NCBI GenBank assembly: GCA_031409335.1 | Contig: JANNWY010000002.1 | Location: 24,433 to 88,432, forward strand | DNA length: 64,000 nt | Source of the DNA: Chthoniobacteraceae bacterium | GTDB taxonomy: Bacteria > Verrucomicrobiota > Verrucomicrobiia > Chthoniobacterales > Chthoniobacteraceae | Direction: 5' to 3' | Shown: in pieces, positions 1 through 9,800 of the stretch | How the letters are laid out: each line of letters begins with the position of its first letter | How positions within the stretch are numbered: the first letter of the stretch is position 1 | The notes under the pieces: model-generated | What the model saw: only the letters and a program-made list of their open reading frames with translations | Told to the model about the DNA's origin: nothing | Database searches by the model: none | Program-made: the position numbers and the translations under genes

Positions 1-339
1 CGTCTCGGATGTTTGGTTGGCGGAATTATCGACGGCCTCGGGCAGATCGCCGACGACAAACGTGCGCGGATTCGACACGCCGGATTTGCCGACGATGCGC
101 ACATCGTAGCGTCCCACGGGCACGTCGGGCGCAATCTTGACGGTAAATTGCTTTTCGGCTTTCGGCGTCGCACTGATGCCGGGATGGGAAAAGAGCAGCG
201 CATTCGCCTCGTCGAGTTCTGCGCCGGTGATCGTGACCGCGACTTCCGTCCCGCTTTTCCCACCCGGCGGCATGACGGTGGTGAGCGAAATAACCGGCAA
301 TTCACCAAATGCCGTCGCGGCAACGAGAAGCGCAATCAT
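1..339 (-). CDS. Secreted PPC-domain/peptidase-like protein of the DUF1501-DUF1549/1553 module (partial, runs off left edge)
   Basis: My own translation: MIALLVAATAFGELPVISLTTVMPPGGKSGTEVAVTITG...VGRYDVRIVGKSGVSNPRTFVVGDLPE. Signal peptide plus PPGGxxGTxV and SNPRxFxVG motifs typical of PVC proteins in such clusters. Not in the ORF track because it is truncated. Confidence 0.7.
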   Translation of the reverse strand, partial: MIALLVAATAFGELPVISLTTVMPPGGKSGTEVAVTITGAELDEANALLFSHPGISATPKAEKQFTVKIAPDVPVGRYDVRIVGKSGVSNPRTFVVGDLPEAVDNSANQTSET

Positions 340-340
340 C

Positions 341-549
341 AGCCCGAAGGGCTGGCGGAAATTAGCCGGTGGCGACAGCCACCGGATCAAGGATGAAACG
401 AATCCGCCCCGGCAGGGGCGATGGAAGCATGTGTGTGCGCGGCGTTCCGCCGCCCCTGCCGGGGCGGGCCCGTTCTGCCGTGGAGTCCGGTGGTTCTCGC
501 TCGCTGCGTTCGCTTCACCACCGGCTAATTCCTGGAAGCCCTCCGGGCT
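341..549. repeat. REPIN-like nested inverted repeat (~210 bp hairpin)
   Basis: Outer arms AGCCCGAAGGGCTGGCGGAAATTAGCCGGTGG / CCACCGGCTAATTCCTGGAAGCCCTCCGGGCT; inner arms CCGCCCCGGCAGGGGCG / CGCCCCTGCCGGGGCGG. Confidence 0.75.
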
Positions 550-635
550 TGGCGGAACGAGTGTTCCGGTGTTGGGAGCGTGGCCCGCGATCGACCGCAA
601 GCTCAGATACCGCGCAAACGGGCTAGGCGTTGCGG

Positions 636-1079
636 TCATTGGGTTGGGAAGATGATGCCTGATTGGAGGCGACTGACGAAAGTGTGCCAGTCGAAATCGC
701 AGGCATCGAGAATAGCTCGGTCACGGGATTGGGACTTGAACCGCTCGCACCAGGATGATGGTCCGATGCGCTGTTCAGTGAACCACCGAATAGCCTCAGC
801 GTAGTCCTCGCCAAACTCGTCGCGGCTGCCCCGGATGGACTCGTGAAAGCCGTGGCCAAGTTCGTGCGCTACGGCACCCGGCTCGCAGCCGCGGTAAATG
901 GTAATGTCGCCGCGTTGGTCGTCCAATGCTCGCCAACAAGCGCCGCCCTCGGCTGGAGAAAAGTGGAAGCGGTGGACTGTTTTGTAGCGGAATCCAGCAG
1001 TTCGGAGTTCTTCGAGTAGGGCGATGGCTCCGAAATTGTATCGGACGTAGCCATCAAGTTGTTCGAGCGACCATGCCAT
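636..1079 (-). CDS. Small zincin-like (HExxH) metallopeptidase-like protein
   Basis: 147 aa with AHELGHGFHE and downstream EDYAEA; visibly lower GC than its neighbours. Confidence 0.6.
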   Translation of the reverse strand: MAWSLEQLDGYVRYNFGAIALLEELRTAGFRYKTVHRFHFSPAEGGACWRALDDQRGDITIYRGCEPGAVAHELGHGFHESIRGSRDEFGEDYAEAIRWFTEQRIGPSSWCERFKSQSRDRAILDACDFDWHTFVSRLQSGIIFPTQ

Positions 1080-1132
1080 GTCTTCAGGTGTGCTTCTTAG
1101 CGTTCATTCCAGAGAAGTTCCGCGTTCCACGC

Positions 1133-3580
1133 TCAGTGGTTGAACAGGAACTCCTTGCTGCTAACGAGCGCCCACACGAGGTCTTCATACGCTTGGCGGA
1201 TGGCGACGGGTTTCTTTGCGGCGTCGGGCTCCTGCGCTGCTTTTTTCGCGATGTGTTGTTTGCAGAAGTCGAGTTCGTCGGCGGCGGGTTCGCGGGAGTA
1301 GGCGGCGGCGTAGAGGTCGCGGAGCTTGTCGTCGTCGCTGCGTTTGTCGTCGGCTGCGAGGAGCGCTGGGCGTCCGGTGGGCGCGGCGAGTTTGTCCTGG
1401 ATGTCTTTGGAATTCAGCAGGTGCAGGGACTGCGCGAGGCTGGCTTCCTGCGTGCGCTCGCATTCGCAGGCGCTGGAGGATTCGGGGCGTCCGAAGACGG
1501 TGAGGAAATACGAGCCGGCGTTGAAGCTGTTGTCCGGCAGCGCGACGGCGCGGGTGCCGGCGGGCATTCCGGCGAAGGCGCTTTGCGCGCCGGTGAGCTG
1601 ATTCACGGAATCGAAGAGCACCTCGGCGTTGAGCCGCTTTGGATAATAGCGCGAGAAATTCTGCCGGTCGGATTTGTTGAAGTCGTTCGGCAGCGCGCTG
1701 AGCTGGTAGGTGCGCGATTGCACGATGTCGCGGATGAGCGCCTTCATGTCGTAGCGCGTCTCGACGAAGCGGCGGGCGAGCGCGTCGAGCAGGTCGGGGT
1801 TCGACGCCGGATTCGTTTCGCGCATGTCGTCCTCGGGCTCGACGAGGCCGCGGTTGAAGAAGTGTTTCCAATAACGATTCGCGAGCGAGCGGGCGAAGAA
1901 TGCGTTGTCCGTGCGCGTCATCCAGTCGGCGAGCGCGAGGCGCGGATCGTCGTCGGGCGCGATGTCCACGACGGCAGCGCCGAGGCCGGCGGGCTTCACG
2001 GGCTGCTTCGTCTTTTTATCCACCGCCGCCGCCACGCCACGGCGCGGGAAAAGCGTGTCGGTGCCTTTGCGCCCGACCTGCGAGAAGAACGCGGCGAAGC
2101 TGTAGTAGTCGCGCTGGCTCCACTTCTCGAACGGATGATGATGGCACTGCGCGCACTGCAAACGCATCCCGAGGAAAAGCTGCGCGGTGTCTTCGAGCTG
2201 CTGCTGCGGCTCCTTCACCTGGCGATACCACGCCACCGGCGGATTCTCCGCGATGTCGCCCGACGCCGCGACGATCTCGCGCGCGAATTGATCGAACGGT
2301 TTGTTCGCCATCAGGCTGTCGCGAATCCATCCGTGAAACGCGAACGTGCCGCGCGCGTCCTTGGCCTCGACGCGTTTGTTGCGCAGCAGCGCGCTCCATT
2401 TGTTCGCGAAATAATCCGCGTATTCCGGGCTCGCGAGCAGCGTCTCGATCAGCTTGTCGCGCTTGGCGGGATCGGTGTCGGCGAGAAACTTTCGCGTCTC
2501 TTCAATCGACGGAAGCTTGCCCGCGATGTCGATGCTCACGCGGCGGAGAAAGGTCGCGTCATCGCACGGCGCGGACGGCGGCATGCCCATCGTCTTGAGT
2601 TTCGCGAAGACGAGTTCGTCGATGAAATTGCGCGGCGCGGGCAGATTCTCGACGGGCGCGCCGAGCGGTGCGGTCGCGCGGAAGACGGCGACTTTTCCCT
2701 GATACCGGACCATCACGCCGACATCGCCGGGCTGATCGAAAAGCGTGACGCGACCGTCTTCCTCGACCTTGCCCATGCTCTTGTCGTTCGGCTCGTAGAG
2801 CGCGCTGCGCGTCACGTCCTGCACGGTGTCGTCGGTGTAGCGCGCGAGCACGACGAGTTGCTGCTCGCTGCCGAGCGCCATCGTGCGCTGCTTCGGCAAA
2901 ACTTCGACGCGCTCGACTTTCGGATCGGTGTCCGCGCCGTAGGGCATGCCTTGCGAAATCCAGCGCGCGATGAGGCGGTAGTCGTCGGACGCGGGGTCGA
3001 GGCGCTTGCCGCCGCCGTGCGGGACGACGCCGATCGCCTTGAGCAGCAGCAGGCTGTTGTCCGGCGCGGAGGGGAAGACGCGGCGGCCGCGCGCTTCCTT
3101 TACGATGTGCTCGTAATCTTCCTGCGGCTCGAAGCCGAGCAATGAGAGGCGGAATCCGTTTTGCCCGCTCGACTTGCCGTGGCAGCCGCCGGAGTTGCAG
3201 GTGGCTTTGGTGAAAATGGGGACGACCTGGTTGAAGAAATTCACCGGCGGATTGCTCGCGGCGTTTTCCACTTTCACTTCGAGCGTCGCGGCGACGCCAT
3301 CCGCGGTCGCGGTGATCGTCGCCGTGCCATCGGCGACGGGCGAGACGAGGCCGTGCGCGTCCACGTTCACGATGCCCGCCGGCGCGGCTGAGTAGCTGGC
3401 CTTGTGGGTAAAGTCGCGCTCCGCGTTCGTGTCGAGTTTGCCGGTCACGAGCAGTTGCTGGCGCGCGTCCTTTCCGCGCAGCGTGAGCGCCGGAGTGCCG
3501 GTCGCGTCGATCTGCAAGGTGGCGAGCTTTTCCGCGTGAGCGGTGGTGACGAGCGCGAGGATGAGGAGCCAGTGCTTCAT
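1133..3580 (-). CDS. DUF1549/DUF1553 (PSD1) protein with Ig-like domains
   Basis: Signal peptide; CNSGGCHG; CDDATFLRRVSID; CAQCHHHPFEKW; RLNAEVLFD; CECER; SKEFLFNH C-terminus. Confidence 0.9.
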   Translation of the reverse strand: MKHWLLILALVTTAHAEKLATLQIDATGTPALTLRGKDARQQLLVTGKLDTNAERDFTHKASYSAAPAGIVNVDAHGLVSPVADGTATITATADGVAATLEVKVENAASNPPVNFFNQVVPIFTKATCNSGGCHGKSSGQNGFRLSLLGFEPQEDYEHIVKEARGRRVFPSAPDNSLLLLKAIGVVPHGGGKRLDPASDDYRLIARWISQGMPYGADTDPKVERVEVLPKQRTMALGSEQQLVVLARYTDDTVQDVTRSALYEPNDKSMGKVEEDGRVTLFDQPGDVGVMVRYQGKVAVFRATAPLGAPVENLPAPRNFIDELVFAKLKTMGMPPSAPCDDATFLRRVSIDIAGKLPSIEETRKFLADTDPAKRDKLIETLLASPEYADYFANKWSALLRNKRVEAKDARGTFAFHGWIRDSLMANKPFDQFAREIVAASGDIAENPPVAWYRQVKEPQQQLEDTAQLFLGMRLQCAQCHHHPFEKWSQRDYYSFAAFFSQVGRKGTDTLFPRRGVAAAVDKKTKQPVKPAGLGAAVVDIAPDDDPRLALADWMTRTDNAFFARSLANRYWKHFFNRGLVEPEDDMRETNPASNPDLLDALARRFVETRYDMKALIRDIVQSRTYQLSALPNDFNKSDRQNFSRYYPKRLNAEVLFDSVNQLTGAQSAFAGMPAGTRAVALPDNSFNAGSYFLTVFGRPESSSACECERTQEASLAQSLHLLNSKDIQDKLAAPTGRPALLAADDKRSDDDKLRDLYAAAYSREPAADELDFCKQHIAKKAAQEPDAAKKPVAIRQAYEDLVWALVSSKEFLFNH

Positions 3581-4927
3581 TTAGATCAGTTCTTTCATCG
3601 GCGACCAGCCATCGACGAGATACTGCGGGCGGCCGGAGAGGTCGGGGAGCGTGACGGTCGCAAGATCGATGCCGAGCCAATGATACAGTGTCGCGAAGAC
3701 TTCGCCGAAATGCACGGGGCGATCCGTCGGCTCGCCGCCGAGGCGGTCGGTCGCGCCGATGACCTGGCCGGTCTTGAATCCGCCGCCCGCGAGCACGCCG
3801 CAACCGACGCGTGGCCAGTGATCGCGGCCCGCGTCCTTGTTGATCTGCGGCGTGCGCCCGAACTCGCCCCACGCGACGACGGCGACATCCTTGTCGAGCC
3901 CGCGCGCGTGCAAATCCTCGACGAGCGCGCTGAGTCCCTGATCGAAAAGCGGCAGGTGCGTGAGCAACTCGGAGTGGTTGTTCGAATGGAAATCCCAGCG
4001 CCCGAAATTCATCGTGACGCAACGCGCGCCAGCCTCGACGAGCCGCCGCGCAACGAGGAAGTGCTCGTTGTTTCGCGGAGCTCCGTCGCCGTAGTTTTTC
4101 GTGTCGCCCTTGCCGTAACGCTCACGCGTCTTCGCGTCCTCCTTCGAAATGTCGAGCGCCTCCACGAGCTTGCTCGAAGTGAGCACGCCGAACGCCTGTT
4201 GATTGAACGCATCAAGCCCGTCCATCAGCCCGCTCGCGTCCGCCTCGCGGCGAAATTTATCGAAGCTGGTGAGCAACGCGCGCCGATCCGCGAGCCGGTC
4301 GCTCGTGATGCCATTGAGCGTTAGATCGCCCATGCCCGAGCCGTTCGGACGAAACGCCGCGTGCGCCGGTCCGAGAAACCCCGGATGCCCCGGCGAGCCG
4401 TAGGGCGGATGCCCCGCATTTGGCGCGAGCCCGACAAAGGGCGGCATCTCTTTCGCCGGCCCCGCGAGCAGTTTTGAAATCGCCGAGCCCATCGAAGGCC
4501 ACCCGCCCGGCGGCTTGATCGCTCCCTGCGCCGTGCGCCCCGTGTAGCAGACATGCGAATCGTGATCGCCCGTCAGCGAGCCGTAGAGCGAACGGATGGG
4601 CACGAGCTTGTCCATGATCTGCGCGCAATGCGGCATGTGCTCGGAAATCTGGATGCCCGCGACATTCGTCCCGATCGGCTTGAACGGCCCGCGATATTCC
4701 AGCGGAGCATCCATCTTCAAATCGAAGATGTCCTGATGCGGCGGCGCCCCCGCCATATAGATCATGATGACCGACTTCGGCGAACGCCGCACCCCCGACT
4801 CCGCCTCCGCCCGCAATATCTGCGGCAACGAAAGCCCGCCCATCGCGAGCCCGCCGATGCGCAGGAAATCGCGACGCGAAAGGCCGTCGCAGAAGCGTCC
4901 GTGGTTGTTGCCGAAAATCGAAAGCAT
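3581..4927 (-). CDS. DUF1501 family protein
   Basis: CDGLSRRDFLRIG, WDFHSN, WGEFGRTPQIN, GRDHWP motifs; start placed at MLSIFG. Confidence 0.9.
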   Translation of the reverse strand: MLSIFGNNHGRFCDGLSRRDFLRIGGLAMGGLSLPQILRAEAESGVRRSPKSVIMIYMAGAPPHQDIFDLKMDAPLEYRGPFKPIGTNVAGIQISEHMPHCAQIMDKLVPIRSLYGSLTGDHDSHVCYTGRTAQGAIKPPGGWPSMGSAISKLLAGPAKEMPPFVGLAPNAGHPPYGSPGHPGFLGPAHAAFRPNGSGMGDLTLNGITSDRLADRRALLTSFDKFRREADASGLMDGLDAFNQQAFGVLTSSKLVEALDISKEDAKTRERYGKGDTKNYGDGAPRNNEHFLVARRLVEAGARCVTMNFGRWDFHSNNHSELLTHLPLFDQGLSALVEDLHARGLDKDVAVVAWGEFGRTPQINKDAGRDHWPRVGCGVLAGGGFKTGQVIGATDRLGGEPTDRPVHFGEVFATLYHWLGIDLATVTLPDLSGRPQYLVDGWSPMKELI

Positions 4928-5101
4928 GTCGTGGTCGGTGCAATGCGGGTTGAGCTGCGAAAATAGCACGCGTCGCGCCCCGCAATTGACACCGGTAAAG
5001 ACCGGAGGCTCTGGGCTTTCTTAGTGGTCGGCGTATTTCCACCGAAAATCTGGAATCTTCGCGCGCGGTGATGTGAACTTACGTTTTCCATCCCCATCAC
5101 C

Positions 5102-6808
5102 ATGAATCCCCTGCTCCTTCTCCTCGTCCCCCTTGGGCTGCTTCCAACGCTTTCCGCGTTCGCCGCGCCGACCCGTCCAAACATCATCGTCATTCTCGCC
5201 GACGATCTCGGCTACTCGGAACTCGGCTGCTACGGGCAGGAGAAAATCAAGACGCCAAACCTCGATCGCATGGCGGCGGAGGGTCAGCGGTGGACGCAAT
5301 TTTATTCCGGCGCGCCCGTGTGTTCGCCGTCGCGAAACGTGCTGCTCACCGGTCGCCACACCGGCGGTTGCAACGTGCAGGATCTCAAACGCGTGAATCC
5401 CAAAGAAAACGTGGACGGCCTGGGCGGTGACTGGCCGATGGATGCGCGGCAATACACGATGCACATGGCGCTGAAGAAAATCGGCTACACCACTTCCGCC
5501 TTCGGCAAATGGGGCATGGGCGAATACGGCACGACTGGTGCGCCCGATCAAAAGGGCGTCGATTATTTTTACGGCTACACGGATCACCGCATCTGCCACA
5601 CGTTTTACCCGCCATTCCTCTGGCGAAATGGCGTGAAGGATGTGATCAACGATCCCGGCATTCCCGGTCACGCAAAGCAACCCAATGGCGAGGTGAACGA
5701 CGCGACTTACACGGGACAAAAACACGCTTCGGTCGCGGTGATCGATGAGGCGCTGAAGTGGCTGGAAAAGCAGGCTGCGACAGCAAAGGCGGGCGAGCCG
5801 TTCTTTATGTACTACTGCCCGCTGGAGGCGCACGTCGCCATGCAGCCGCCGCGGGAGTGGGTGGAAAAATACCCGCGCGAGTGGGACGCCGCGCCGTATC
5901 GCGGCGAAAAAGGTTATCTCCCGCACTCGCGTCCGCGCGCCGCGTACGCCGCGACGATTTCCTTCCTCGACGATCACGTCGGCAGGATTCTCGCGAAGCT
6001 CAAGGAGAACGGTCTCGATGAAAACACGCTCGTCATTTTCACCTCCGACAATGGCACCACGCACGACGCTGGCGGCGTCGATCATGGGTTTTTCAATTCC
6101 GTCGCGAACCTGCGCGGATTAAAGGGCTCGGTGTTTGAAGGCGGGCTGCGCGTGCCGGCGATCGTGCGCTGGCCGGGCCAGGTGGCCGCGGGAAAGGTGA
6201 TCGCACAGCCCGGCTACTCCGCCGATCTCATGCCCACGCTTTGCGCGCTGACGGGTGCCGATGCGGGAAAGCCGTACGGCGAAAACCTGCTGCCCATCCT
6301 GCTCGGCGAGGCAGACACCCTCGCCTCGCGCAAGCCGCTCGTGTGGACCGGCGGCGGCTACGGCGGACAAGTCGCCGTGCGTCTCGGCGACATGAAGGCG
6401 ATCCGCCGCGATTTTTTCAAAACGAAGCCGCTCAATTGGGAAGTCTATGATCTCGCGAAAGATCGTGGTGAAACCGCCGACCTCGCTGCCACACGCCGCG
6501 ACGTAATCGACTCCGCGCTCGCGGTGCTGAAAAACGAATACACCCGCGCGGACGGCTACCGCGAAATGGCGATCTTCGAGCCGGAAACGACCGGCGCGGA
6601 AAAGCCTGCGGAACCACCGGCGTGGGAAGGCATCTTCAAGCAGCTCGATGCGAGTGCCGACGGAAAACTGAGCTTCGCTGAGTGGGAAAAAAGTCCGCGC
6701 GCGCTCTCGAATCCCGGCAAACTGGAAAGCATTTTTGCGACGCTGGACAAGGACGGCGACAAATCCATCTCGCGCGAGGAATTCGCCGCGCAGTGGAAAA
6801 ACAAATAG
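5102..6808 (+). CDS. Arylsulfatase (Cys-type) with C-terminal EF-hand pair
   Basis: Signal peptide, PNIIVILADDLG, CSPSRNVLLTG, FGKWG, SDNG; EF-hand loops DASADGKLSFAE and DKDGDKSISREE. Confidence 0.9.
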   Translation: MNPLLLLLVPLGLLPTLSAFAAPTRPNIIVILADDLGYSELGCYGQEKIKTPNLDRMAAEGQRWTQFYSGAPVCSPSRNVLLTGRHTGGCNVQDLKRVNPKENVDGLGGDWPMDARQYTMHMALKKIGYTTSAFGKWGMGEYGTTGAPDQKGVDYFYGYTDHRICHTFYPPFLWRNGVKDVINDPGIPGHAKQPNGEVNDATYTGQKHASVAVIDEALKWLEKQAATAKAGEPFFMYYCPLEAHVAMQPPREWVEKYPREWDAAPYRGEKGYLPHSRPRAAYAATISFLDDHVGRILAKLKENGLDENTLVIFTSDNGTTHDAGGVDHGFFNSVANLRGLKGSVFEGGLRVPAIVRWPGQVAAGKVIAQPGYSADLMPTLCALTGADAGKPYGENLLPILLGEADTLASRKPLVWTGGGYGGQVAVRLGDMKAIRRDFFKTKPLNWEVYDLAKDRGETADLAATRRDVIDSALAVLKNEYTRADGYREMAIFEPETTGAEKPAEPPAWEGIFKQLDASADGKLSFAEWEKSPRALSNPGKLESIFATLDKDGDKSISREEFAAQWKNK

Positions 6809-6834
6809 CCGCTGCACGCTCAAAGGAGATCCCC

Positions 6835-9800
6835 ATGAAAACCGTCCGCCTCTTCCGCCCGTGGTTCCTCGTCTGTTTGTCGCTGCTGCTTTCATCGCGA
6901 TCGTGGGCCGCGCCGGAGGTCGAGCTGATGTTCGATGGCGATCAAATCGCGCCGTCCACCACGCTCGAATTCCGCTTCGCGCGCGACATGATCGCGAAGG
7001 ACGAACTCGGCGTGCCGGCAAAGCAATCGCCGGTCATTTTCCAGCCCGCGCTCGCGGGAAACTTTACGTGGCTGAGTCGGCGCAGCGGCGTGTTCGTGCC
7101 TTCCGAAACTCCGCCGATGGGGACCACCTTTTCCGTGGTGATGCAGCCCGGATTGAAAGACAGCAGCGGCAAACCGATCGGCGCAAAGTGGCGCGAAACG
7201 CTGAAGACGCCGCCCTTCGCGATCACGACGACGGACACGAATATCGGCGAAGATTCCCCCGCTCCGCCGCTGCCCGCGGTGAAGATCGCCTTCAATCGCG
7301 ACGTGAAACTCGACGGTGCGGACAAACTCATCCGCTTCGTCGATGACGCCGGGAAAACCATCGCCGCGGCGGTGCGCCATGCGGTGCCCGCCGACTACTT
7401 CCGCATCACCGCCGAGCAAGACGATTGGGACCGCCGCTGGCAACTCGCCCGCGATCCCGCGAAGGCCGCGACGGACGCGGATTCCGACGAGGAAGACGAG
7501 GACGGCAATCCGCGCGACGCGACGCCGCAGCGCAATCGTTTCATCGCCACCCCAGTCTCGCCGCTGCTCCCCGGCGGCGTGTGGCGGATTGAGGTGAAAG
7601 CGGGCATCGCGGCGTTGAATGGCGACCATCGAATCAACGGATCGAGCGTCATTCCGCTCGGTCGCGTGCTGCCGTTCGCGCTGAAATCGCTCGTGACTTC
7701 GAGCTACCTCAACACGGGGCGCAGCGTCGCGATTTCGTTCACGCACGATCTCGCGCCGGACATTGATGAAGAGTCCGCGGCGAAGTTTTTCAAGATCGCA
7801 CCCGAGGTGAAAAATCTGCGTTTCGAGCCCGCCTCCGATCAGATCACGCTGCGCGGAGATTTCGCGCGCGGCGTGGAATACCGCGTGGATTTCGAGCCCG
7901 CGCTCATCGCCGATTCCGGGCTGCCACTTTCGGGCGAACGCTCGCGCGCGCTCACCTTCGATCCGGTAAAGCCGCGCATCTATCTGCCAGCGATCACGGG
8001 CCACCAAAGCGCGAATGGAATGCGAAACTTTCTCGCGCAATCGGTGAATCTGAAATCGCTGCGAATCATCGCGCGTGCGGTGCCGCCGGAAAAAACTGCG
8101 CAGGCCGTGGCCGCGTTTGAAAAGTACGCGAAGGAATACATCGACAACGACCCGGAGCCCGATGAGCGCTACCGCGCGATCCCGGCAGATTTGATCGAAG
8201 GAAAAGTGATCGCCGATCGCGTGATCCCGCTCGCCGATCCGCAGCTCGATGCGAAGCAGGAAACCACGCTTGATTGGACGGAAACCCTCGGCGCAAAAAC
8301 CGCGGGCGCGATTCATCTCACCGTCGAAGGCGAGCCGCTGGAAACCATCGGCGGAAGGAAACCGGCAGCGCAGTCGCTAGTGCAGGTGACGGACCTTGGC
8401 GTGCTTTGGAAAAAGCTCGCGGATCGTGTCGCCGTCAGCGTTTTCTCGATGGCCACTGGCCAGCCCGTCGCAGCCGCGCGCGTCGCGATGCTCGACAAAA
8501 CTTTCGCCGGAACCGCAATGGCGATCACCGACGCGGATGGCGCGGCCTTGGTCGATTTCGGCACCGACCCCGCGTGGCTGCTCGTGAGCCGGGGCGCGGA
8601 TCATTTTGCGCTGAAAATGGGCGACTACTCGAAGGAACTTCCGATGAGCGCGTTCCGCTTGCCGGTCAGCTACGATGGCTGGGAAAAAGCCGACAACGCC
8701 ACGCCGGAATCGCGCGCCATCCTCTTCACCGACCGACCGCTTTACCGCCCCGGCGAGACCGTGCGTATCAAGGGAATAGTGCGGAGTTTCGGAGAAAAGG
8801 GCCTCGCCTCACCGACCGTCCAGCCAGGCACGCTCACGCTTTTTCCGCCGCACGGAGGCGGCGAAACGAAGCTCGAAATCCGCCTCGATGAGCGCGGCGC
8901 ATTCGACGCGCAAATGCCGCTCGCCTCCAGCGAAACAGGCCGCTACGGCCTGCGTCTGAGTTTCCCCGGTGCCGATCGTTATTCGCGCTACAGCGGTTTT
9001 CAGGTCGCGGATTTTCAGCCAAACGCCTTCGAGTTGGACGTGAAACTTCCCGACCGTTTCGCGCCCGATGCGGAGGTCGCCGCGGAAGTTTCGGGCCGCT
9101 ACTTTTTCGGATCGAATCTCGGAAAATCGAAAGTGCGCTGGACGCTGCAATACGCGCCGACGACGACTTCGCCGGAAGGTTTCGGCGCGTTCACTTTTGG
9201 CGCGGAGATGGATGAACGAAAGACACTCACGCTGACCGGCGAGGGCGCGTTGTCCGATGCGGGAACGCTGACGATTCACCCAAAACTTCCCGCCATCAGC
9301 GAGCGTGCCTATCGCGGCGTGTTCACGATCGACGTGACGGATGTGAACCAGCAGACCGTCACGGAAACGCGCCCGTTCACGCGGAATGCGGCGGATTTTT
9401 ACGTCGGCCTCGAATCGCCGATGGAAAGCGTCGTCGGGCAAAAGCAGGACATCGTCGCGCGCGCCGTCGCGGTGAAGCCGGACGGCCAGCCAGTCGCCGA
9501 GCCCGTCGCGGTGAAAACGCAACTCGTGAGCATCCGCTACGAAACCGTGCGCGCGCAGGGCGCGGGAAACGCAGTGACTTTCCACACAAACAAAATCGAG
9601 AAGATCATCGCCACCGCCGAAGGAAAAACGCTCGTGCCAGTTCGCGATGGCACCGACTGGAAATTGCCGCCCGGCGAAAGCGCCCGCTTCAACCCCGGCA
9701 AGGCCGGGGCGTATCTGCTGCGCACCACGGCGCGCGATGCGAAGGGCCGCGAAACCGTTGCGTCGTTCAACTTCAACGTCGCGGGCAACGAAGCGATCAC

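Noticed and set aside
926..3145. 739-aa plus-strand ORF
   Set aside because: Antisense to the DUF1549/1553 gene; stop-free frame expected from high-GC codon bias; no motifs.
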